Source of the DNA: Antedon mediterranea
Taxonomy: Eukaryota > Animalia > Echinodermata
Direction: 5' to 3'
NCBI RefSeq assembly: GCF_964355755.1
Contig: NC_092674.1
Coordinates: forward strand, 21,018,001 to 21,082,000
DNA: 64,000 bases
Under the pieces are notes generated by a model. That model was not told where the DNA came from, did no database searches, and saw only the letters and a program-made list of their open reading frames with translations. Position numbers and translations under genes: made by a program. Of the stretch, positions 55,096-64,000 are shown piece by piece (position 1 is the first letter of the stretch; each line of letters starts with the position of its first letter).

Positions 55096-58000
55096 TTATG
55101 CATCGCCATTTACCATTTTTACCGTTTCTTCCACCTGTTGAGAATTAGTTTCTTTTGGTTTGGCCTTACTATGTTTGTATTCTTCAGTGGTGACCCCATT
55201 CACCCTCTCTCCATTTGATTCTTTCTGCTTTCTATCTTGCCTAGGCGGACGAGGATCTCTCTGTTGCCGAGGTCCATTTGAAATGGTTTTACCGGACGGT
55301 GGTTTGCTGTTATCATTCACTGCATCACTTGATTCCTCGTTTCTCTTACTATCCTGGGATGGCTTTTTAAAAGAGTCTCTACGGGGTGGCCTATTATCAC
55401 GAGGTGGCCTATCACCGCGGGGTGGTCTGTCATCGCGGGGGGGTCTATCATCACGGGGTGGCCTATCATCGTGAGGTGGCCTGTCATCGCGGGGTGGCCT
55501 GTCATCGCGGGGTGGCCTGTCATCGCGGGGTGGCCTGTCATCGCGGGGTGGCCTATCATCGCGGGGTGGCCTATCATTGCGGGGTGGCCTATCATTGCGG
55601 GGTGGTCTTTCATTGCGAGGTGGCCTGTCGTCACGGGGTGGCCTATCGTCACGGGGTGGCCTATCATCACGATTCGACCTATCATCACGTTTAGCATTTC
55701 CATCTTCACGTTTAAACGAGCTACCACTCCTCCTGTCGCGATTATTAAAGTTCTTGTTCTTATTATCATCTTTGGAAGCTTCAGTCTCCTCACGACTGTT
55801 AGGTGGCGCCACTCCATTAGTTTCTTCCTTTACTTCTTGCATAGTATTATTATTCCGGTTTCTATTACTATTACTTCTCTTAGGCTTTCTCTTTCTTCTG
55901 CCTCTAGAATTATCTGAGAGAAATTATTTTAAAAATATGATAATGGAAATGACAAAATGAAATTCAACCTGCATAATTATAACGAAATTGGTTTTTGAAT
56001 ATCATGTGACCCACAATCTACAATCTGCAAAAGCTCTGTCTATACTATCAAATGTTATGTGACAACAAAATGTAATGTGCCCATATATGGACATGACGAC
56101 ATCATATCACTACCATATTTGGGCACATCACACATTTTTTGTCAAACTAGCTGTCATTGAATGCTCGTAAGTATACAGTGCGAGAGTGATGTGAAACTTG
56201 TAACTGTTTTTGTTTGTTATTTATCTGTTTTTGTATATCTCAGAGCAAACACAATTTCTAAGTATATTTTATTATGCAGATGACAATAAATGGAAGTCAT
56301 TTTCCACTGATGAATGAATGAATGAATATAGTGAAGACAGAAAGTGTGTTATACAAATAAAAGAGCTTTACCATCAGTATTTTTAGCATCCTCATCAGCT
56401 GTTCTATCTTCCAGTATTGTTTCTTCATCAGCATACTGTCGACGATTCTCAGTATAGCTATTGGCATCATCGTCAGTTTCTGATGGTAGTACCCTTTCAT
56501 TCCCACCTTACAAATAGGAGAAAACAAATAAGAAAGGTGTAACAACAATTAACCCTTTAAAGACGTTGCCCATATCCCATACGGGGTAATTTACTGTCCC
56601 AGGACGCGATGCCTGTATACATACAGGTTGACTTTTTAATCACTGAATCGCACTTTTTGAGCATTTGAACTTTTTTTTCGAAAAGCCAAAACATTTCACA
56701 TAACAATAAAACCAACAATTGAAGAAAGTTACAGTCATTAAAATTTAATTTGCTTTTTTCCTAAACCTATCAAAAATACCTGATTTAGCCTCAGTCACTT
56801 GGGGTAGAAACCTCATGTCTTCAAAGGGTTAAATTGAATACATGCTTAGGGATCATGTCAAAATTATTCTACTGCAGTTATTGCAGAACTATTTTTTAAA
56901 TCAATCAATCAATCTAACTAAATCAATATGATTTTAGTTAGTGTGTTTCAATGTATCTGTTTAAAAAAAACAATATAAAAATGTAGTTCAATGTTGCGAT
57001 GTACGCAAAGCAAAAAACGCTGTTGAATAATCTACGACACTGTGCTTATGTTGTCGGTTCCGAGTTGTGACACAGTTTATGTTCATATTGTACTTTGCAT
57101 CAATATGTTGCAGGCATACGTCCTTTTGTTGCATCCTAGTGGGAACCAAGCATGAATAGATTACCACCTTACAAACAGACGAAAACAAAATTTGATTCAA
57201 GCATTTAAAATGTAATGCATAGTTGTATCATAAATTGTCTACCTGAATTGTATCTTGTACCAGATATCAAAGGATTTCTCCTGTTTCCTCTTCCCCTCCC
57301 TCGCCCTCTTCCTCCTCTACCCCTTGCCATGCCAACACCTCTTCCACTATATGATGATGAATCACTTTGGTTCACCTGGTCTGCCCAATCTCCTGTTCGG
57401 GACATTCCAGAATCCCTCTCAGAACCGCTATACGCTGAATCTAACGGGAACCAATTCACATTACAAGTTGTATCCAAAATCCATGCAATTATAATGCTAA
57501 TACAGTTAGAACCCCTCCCTCGGGACACCTCTATATATTTTGTTTTTGTCGTCGTATCTGTTTCTGTATATTGCAACAGTGTAGTGGGTGTGTTGTTACA
57601 GGAGATACTAAATGTACAAATTATATAGAAAGAACAGGATTTTGAATCAGTATTCATTAATACCAGATGTCCTCAAAAAAGTATATTAAACTGGTCATAT
57701 ATGTTCTGTTCCTGTATACATCGCAAAAATTGGAAAAAATAAATAAATTTTAAGTAAATATTTTGTGCATACCGTATCTATCATTATTATATCGTCCACC
57801 TCTGGAACCACGCCCTCTACGGCCACCTCTGTTGCCTCCTCTGCTCGATGTACTATCTTCTGAAAAATCTGAACCATACCCACGGTCTCCTTTTCTTTCT
57901 CTGGGAGGGGGAAAATACGGTCCAGGGATGTAGACAGCACCAAGACTTCTTAGCTGCTCGTCAATCTGTAGTTTTTCTAATCGAATTTGTTCTACTTCCT

Positions 58001-61000
58001 GTATTAAAAATGTTAAAGTGTTAATAAACAGTACTTCAAAAATGAACAACACATGCAAATCCAGATGCGTTGTTACTTGGGTTTCTGTATGGATATAAGC
58101 TGTATATTTGCTGTTAGTATGGGCTAAAATGCACGAGGCCCTTACCACTTCATAGATGTTCTCCCCTAAGGGCCACATCATGTCAGTGTTGCCAATTCAG
58201 GCACTCTCTTATCTGTCTATGACAGTGGCTGTGTGAGAAGTACACTGGAGTAACCCTCTACTCAACTAGGTTCTTTAAAGTAAACACAAGCATTTGTGTA
58301 CACTGGACCTATGGTTTAAAATATAGTCCTTGTTCTACCACAAGAACCATTGATGATATTATGTAAAGGTATTAGAGTTCCACAGTCTAAACCACTCAGC
58401 CAGCCACTCACTCACCATACTATATGATACCGTATGTTTGCTAAACATAAAAGGAAGAGGGTCTGGTCTCCCTAATGTCATGTTGGGTAAAATGTTACAA
58501 TATGTTACAAATTGCAAATGACAATGGCCCTGTTTCTGCTGCCAACTAAATACCGTATATTATACGGTATTTTTTGAATACCGTATATATACGGTATATT
58601 TTTGGCAGCAGAAACTGCGCTCATAAAAAATATACCGTATTTTGTATACCATATTTTCCCCACAAAATTTGTGGATAAAATACGGTATTTACAAATTAAT
58701 ACCGTATTTTTTGTACCCGTTTCTGCTGCCAATAAAAAATACCGTATTTTTTTTTTACATGACAAAAGGTCACCATTCGTGTTTTTATTTTCTGTCGCTG
58801 TTAGCTGCTTTACACACATGTATAGATATATTCGGCGAAAATGTGGAGCGAATACGTCACAGTTTTACTAAATAAATGTGTGTGGGGAAGCTAAAATGTC
58901 TGACCAACTAAAAGGTAATAAAAGGGACAACCACATTTATAAAGACATTTCTAAAAAAATAAAGCAGGAGTATGGAATAAACTTGTCTCCAAAGCAAGTA
59001 AACTCAAAGCTGAAGAGCCTGCGAAAGCAGTACAACATTGCAAAATACAATAACTCGGGGAGGGAACGAATTAATTGTCCCCATTACGATGTTTTCTGTG
59101 CTCTCAACATCTCTATCACTAGGGCTAGGCTGTTGAAAGTGAGACGTAAAACTTCCTTTATTGCGACTTTTAATTATCGATCAAATAAATGAATGGCAAT
59201 TTGGGTAAAAAAGATGAAATTTAACACGACCACCCAAGAAGTATTGTTAGCAGAAACGGGGTACTAAAAAATACGGTATAAAAAATACCGTATTTTATAC
59301 CGTATTTTTATACCGTATTTTGAGCAGTTGCAGCAGAAACAGGCCCAATGTGGCCTGACCATTCATTTTATGAAAAATATAATGTTACATTATGTCATGG
59401 GTAGTATACTATTATAAATCTACTTTTTTTAAAATTACTTATAATTAATTCTATGCATCAAATCGTAAGAACAAAAAATGTACAAACCTTAAGATGGCTA
59501 ACATGATATTCTAACAGCACTTTGGCATTGCTAATATTTTCCTTAGTTCCTACAAACAAGAATGGTACTGTACTGCAATTGTCAGTACTCCCACGTTCAT
59601 TGTCTCCTTCTATCTTGATGCGTACAACCCCAGACTTGTCAACAATTTCTTGTATAACTCGTCCATTCCTTCCAATTACTTTACCTAAAAAGTACAACCA
59701 CACATAAATGAACAAGATGATACTTCATACTCGTACTGTAGATCAGAACAGTACAAGTTATACAGTTGAATATAAAAATAATCATGAACAATGTATATAC
59801 TACTTATTGGTGATCTAGGGATGTATGCACACCAGGTTTAATAGTAATGTGGAGTTTGTAATTTCAATCGCACCAGAGAATTACTTTGCAGTATTCCCAT
59901 TGAGCATCTAACCATCAGTATTTAGTGAGTGAGTGGCCGAGCGGTTAAGACAGTGGAACCGTAATCACGTAGCCATAACATCGGCAGAGGTTCGAGGCTC
60001 ACTCACTCCATGGTTCTGGTGGTAGAACGAGTCTTCTCGGATAAGGACTATAAACCGTAGGTCCAGTGTACACAACTTGCTCGTGTGCACTTTAAAGAAC
60101 CTAGTACATCTTTCGAGACGAGTAGGGGGTTACCCCGGTGTATTAGTACATTACAGCCACTGATCATCAACTGGGCCCTCTGGGAGATCAGTCTTTGACT
60201 GAAGAGGTCACCCAGTATAAAGATAAAACAAACAAACAGTATGAGCTTAGTGGTCTACAGATGTTCTTTGCAGTATTCCAAATGTTCTAAGCCATCAGTA
60301 TACCTACAGAGAAGGGCATCTAACCATCAGCATGAGCTTCGTGATCTAGCAGAATTCATGACATGCTATACTGATCTGTGGTTCGATTCCAAACCAAGAA
60401 TCATTATTTTGTTGAAATAAAAAGTGGATATTCATTTCTCGTTAATATTAAACGGAAAAGAAAACATTCGTGTAGTGACTACTGGTGTTATCAAATCAAT
60501 GTTAAACTGTATTCTTTACCTATAAGATCTCTTGGTACTTCAAATTTATCTTCAATAAATTCTAACTTTGCTCTAGCAACTTGGACAGCTTCTTCCGTCT
60601 ATGAAGTTGGGAAAATGTTAATAATATTAATTCTTTAAAGTAATATTTATACTGTACGATACAAAATGTGAAAGAAATTGGAAGTGAACCTCTATATGTA
60701 CACTCTAAATGTACAGGTATGTTCATCAAGGTATATTCTTTACCACCTATACCTATCATGGTCTTTATTTGGAAGTGCTATTACTGGTTTATCAAAGTTT
60801 TTGCATACTATTCTCATCATGGTCCTTATTTGGAAGTGCTTACTGTTATTAAGGGCACATAGAGGTAAACTGACATCACCATATATTCTAAAGGTACAGG
60901 TAGGTTCATCAACATGTTTACAAACTATTCCCATCATGGTCCTTAATTGGAAGTGTTTACTGTTATTAAGGGCACATAGAGGTAAACTTAAAGCACCATG

Positions 61001-63046
61001 ATAATTCTAAAGGCACAGGTAGGTTCATCAACAGTTTTACCAAACTACAGTATTCCCATCATGGTCCGTAATTGGAAGTGGTTACTGTTAGTTTGGTCCT
61101 AAAATGGAGGTAAACTTACATCACCATATATTCTAAAGGTACAGGTAGGTTCATCAACATGTTTACAAACTATTCCCATCATGGTCCTTAATTGGAAGTG
61201 GTTACTGTTATTAAGGGCACATAGAGGTAAACTTAAAGCACCATGATAATTCTAAAGGCACAGGTAGGTTCATCAACAGTTTTACCAAACTACAGTATTC
61301 CCATCACGGTCCGTAATTAGAAGTGCTTACTGTTATTAAGGGCACATAGAGGTAAACTTAAAGCACCATGATAATTCTAAAGGCACAGGTAGGTTCATCA
61401 ATATTTTTAAAAACTACAGTATTCCCATCATGGTCCTTAATTGGAAGTGGTTACTGTTAGTTTGGTCCTAAAATGGAGGTAAACTTACATCACCATATAT
61501 TCTAAAGGTACAGGTATGTTCATCAAGGTCTATTCTTTTAACACCTGGCATATTACGAGCATCTGTAATATTGCTACCATGTGCTCCAATGGCAAGCCCC
61601 ATTAGGTCTTCAGACACAACAAACTCTTCCATACAACTCTCCGTTTGCTGCTTTGTCACCTGCATATATTAAATCAATCAAGATAAACAAAATCATATAC
61701 TTAAACAAAATTAATTGCCAAAAAAAGTGAATAAATTTATGGTTATTGTTGATTGACAATTCAATTTCATTAAATACCATTTTTAAACTGTGTTGGGATC
61801 TTTAAAAAAATAAATGTTTTCAGTACTATATCAAATAAACAAATATAATAATATGCAAATTTAAATTTCAGGCAATCTTGTCAAAGGTCAAATTCTTAGC
61901 CTGCCATGTTATGTGTTTCAATATTCAATATTTAACTTGACCTCATTATACAAATACTGACCTCTAGTTGCAAAGCTGCTTCTTCAGTTCGTTGCACTAA
62001 CATAATTTTTGTACGTAGACTACGAAAATGCATCTCACTTAAAAGTTCAGCTTTCTTTACGGATTGGGCAGCTTTACCCTAATAATGAACAAAATATATT
62101 TGGATTATGAAGCCAATCTTAAATAATTAAACATATTCTATAATTATATTAAAGCGATAAAGATGAGGAAATCGGTGAGAATGGGAAAAAGACAAGCCAA
62201 GATTCGGTACCTTTGTATTTTGTGTGTTAATTCTATTGTTAATCTAAGGACATTATATAATATACTGTAGATTTATAATAGAATAATACATTAGAACCCA
62301 TTTAAAGCTCTGTCTACCAAACTGTATGTGACAAAAATATGTGATGTGCTCATATATGGAAGTGATGTCATCACTACCATATTTGGGCATATCAATACCA
62401 TATTTGGGCATATCACTAACACATTTGTCAAACTAGTTTGATAATATAGACAGAGATTTAGACACACCAATTCACGGAACACTTTTGTTGTGTTCACTTT
62501 GTTGGGATTTTATTGTAAATAAAGTTTCAGAAAATGAACTTACAATGACTATTAGAGATTCAGTTTTGTCGTCATAATGTACAGACATTACCCCAGAAGA
62601 TTTGACTAACTCGCGATGATGCTGATCATTTTGAGAACTGGAATGAAACAACAGAATTAATTGCAAAATAATCACAAAATAAACACAAAATAATCAAAAG
62701 AATGAGATAATTACTACTAATGTGAAATAGATTGAAACTAAACCCAGGGCTAAAATTTGTAATTTCATCTAATAATTACATGTTCAATCAATTATTTCAT
62801 TGAGTAAATAAATTTACTAAATAATTATTCAAGTTTTATCATTTTTTTTGTAATAATTCACAAGTCAGATAATGAATTTTTAATTCCAGTAGATGACATT
62901 CCTCTACATACAAGTACTATATTAAAATCATTGACTTGCCTCTGATTTCTATCAATTTATAATGAAAATACATCACTTACTATGTTCGCAAGTCTTGCGG
63001 TACACTTATGGTAGCTTTGGTAAATGCATCGTTAGTTAACGGTGGA
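55096..63046 (-). CDS. FMR1: Fragile X family RNA-binding protein (FMR1/FXR), 3' ten exons; Agenet/Tudor exons lie beyond the window end
   Basis: Exons 62981-63046, 62544-62637, 61962-62078, 61489-61659, 60520-60598, 59488-59684, 57773-57998, 57243-57440, 56372-56506, 55096-55913. Motifs [11 protein letters not shown]1 [30 protein letters not shown]2 [39 protein letters not shown], and RGG boxes [12 protein letters not shown] and [11 protein letters not shown]. Confidence 0.92.
55384..55671 (-). repeat. Coding 18-bp tandem repeat, 16 units, encoding (RDDRPP)n in the last FMR1 exon
   Basis: Plus-strand unit GGGTGGCCT(G/A)TCATCGCG; no indels; variants [30 protein letters not shown]. Confidence 0.95.
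56032..56150. mobile_element. Partial copy of the AGCTCTGTCTA-type MITE
   Basis: AGCTCTGTCTATACTATCAAA..GTGCCCATATATGG..CCATATTTGGGCACATCAC..TGTCAAACTAG; same family as 62306-62457, 1558-1670 and 20840-20932. Confidence 0.65.
56553..56828. mobile_element. piggyBac-like MITE
   Basis: TTAA-CCCTTTAAAGAC ... GTCTTCAAAGGG-TTAA. Confidence 0.7.
58215..58415 (-). mobile_element. Degenerate tRNA/Deu-type SINE, inverted relative to the 59925 copy
   Basis: CAGTGGCTGT..GTAACCCTCTACTC..CTAGGTTCTTTAAAGT..TGTGTACACTGGACCTA..GTTCTACCAC..GCCACTCACTCAC is the reverse complement of the 59925-60160 element. Confidence 0.7.
58526..59346 (+). mobile_element. PIF/Harbinger deletion derivative retaining a Myb/SANT-like ORF fragment
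   Basis: AAT-GGCCCTGTTTCTGCTGCCAACT ... AGTTGCAGCAGAAACAGGCCC-AAT (3-bp TSD). Many ATACCGTAT/ATACGGTAT subterminal repeats. ORF 58878-59192 has [45 protein letters not shown], typical of Myb/SANT-like (trihelix) Harbinger proteins. Confidence 0.8.
59925..60237 (+). mobile_element. Full-length tRNA-derived SINE with Deu/Nin-like central domain
   Basis: A box TGGCCGAGCGG (59934), B box GGTTCGAGGC (59989), acceptor-like stem GTGAGTG/CACTCAC, central TTAAAGAACC..TTTCGAGACGAGTAGGGGGTTACCCCGGTGT, (AAAC)n tail, CAGTAT on both flanks as possible TSD. Confidence 0.8.
60690..61526. repeat. 119-126-bp tandem array derived from the FMR1 KH1 exon 3' end, its splice donor and adjacent intron
   Basis: Marker GTTCATCAA at 60721, 60904, 61023, 61149, 61268, 61393 and 61518 (the last is in the real exon). 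Confidence 0.9.
62306..62457. mobile_element. AGCTCTGTCTA-type MITE (Harbinger-like TWA flanks)
   Basis: TAA-AGCTCTGTCTA ... TAGACAGAGAT-TTA with internal TACCATATTTGGGCATATCA tandem repeat. Confidence 0.65.
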
Positions 63047-63286
63047 CTGTAAAAAAAAGTGTAAATTAGGTAATAATGATGAGGTTGCTATTTACTTTCA
63101 AAATACCTCAACAATGAACAGGAAAATATCATTATAACTACACAATACCAACTATATATCACCAAACAGACTATTAACGCTTAAATATCACCACAACTAT
63201 CATCAACACCACTATAATTTAACACCTAACAATCACCACTAACTATCAACACCAAAATAACAAAACTGCTGTATCATACACCACTA

Positions 63287-63370
63287 CTGTATATTTCAGT
63301 GTATAAGTCGCACCCCTAACTGAGAGTAAAATATCGGTATTTTTTATATCGTCGATGTATAAGACGTATT
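63287..63370. mobile_element. Left end of a TA-flanked Tigger/pogo-like element (other end not seen)
   Basis: TA-CTGTATATTTCAGTGTATAAGTCGCACCC..GATGTATAAGACG resembles pogo/Tigger-type termini; the sequence downstream is CpG-rich. Confidence 0.4.
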
Positions 63371-64000
63371 TTATATTTCAACAATGTTTTTTTAAAATTG
63401 TAATCAATATTATTGTAATAATATATTGTTATATCTACAACGGAGTCCTTTAGTTAGGGTTTTTCTTACCTAGGCTCGACCACTCCCAGCCTCAACAAGT
63501 TCTTTCTAACTTGTTATTCATGAGTTTCGCACCCGCAACATCGAGTGCATGACCGTGTGTGTAACATGCACGTATGTGGGCTAGCCTTGCTCGATCATTT
63601 CGAGAGGGCGCACGTTTTCACGGACAATCGTATTCGATTAGTATCAATGTATCCGAGAAGTGTATACGCTAGGTCCATGCTATAATCAACTGGAGAATAT
63701 ACTAGTCGAATACCATAGACCATGTGGCCGCCAAGAAGGGCTTGCGCTGGGGGTACGGCGGTCGGCGATCGTGCGTATAACTACAAATAAATACTATTCC
63801 AATCGTAAACGTTTACAAATGAAATTTTATCGGAGCGCCTAAAACAGCTCCATAATGAACAAATCTTTTCATCATATTTAGTATAACATCACGCTAAAAT
63901 GCCTGGAAAACTAGGCAGAAGCAGGTTGCCGTTACGTTAGTACACTGTAGCTAGCCTAGGCTAGGCCTAGCCAACGAGGTGACGATATGTACAATCTGTG

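Noticed and set aside
55160-55960. Antisense or alternative-frame ORFs (RGGLSS, AGWPVI, HRGVAY, GHPAMT repeats)
   Set aside because: Side effect of an 18-bp stop-poor repeat. Only the RDDRPP frame splices in phase with FMR1, and the RGGLSS frame is broken by a TGA at 55472.
59925-60010. tRNA gene
   Set aside because: tRNA-like head with imperfect arms followed by a Deu-like domain and (AAAC)n tail, with degenerate copies elsewhere in the window; it is a SINE.
60740-60937. Second KH-domain exon or separate FMR1 paralogue
   Set aside because: Only about 12 codons match the KH1 end; it is a unit of the intronic tandem array and lacks the GxxG loop and a good polypyrimidine acceptor.

Overview
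AT-rich, intron-rich animal genomic DNA. The SINE/MITE repertoire and TAGGCCTA-rich tracts suggest an invertebrate deuterostome such as an echinoderm (inference). I reconstructed four spliced genes by hand from GT-AG exons. Two are tandem ABCC4/MRP4-like ABC transporter paralogues on the minus strand. Copy A (16410 to <708) runs off the window start. Copy B (33894-17843, 27 exons) carries a single 2-nt deletion just after the NBD2 signature motif. A complete GRTP1/TBC1D6-like Rab-GAP gene lies head-to-head with copy B (35441-45865, +). The 3' part of an FMR1/FXR gene converges on it (63046-55096, -). Introns hold many non-autonomous elements: DINE-1/HINE-like Helentron derivatives, TTAA- and TA-flanked MITEs, a Harbinger derivative, tRNA/Deu-type SINEs, a 5S-derived SINE, a Crypton-like hairpin element and minisatellites. 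The most unusual observations are an intronic tandem array built from the FMR1 KH1 exon end plus its splice donor, a 16x RDDRPP repeat in the FMRP C-terminus, the copy-B frameshift, and acidic substitutions in the MRP4 substrate pocket. No prokaryotic-type systems (CRISPR, operons) are present.
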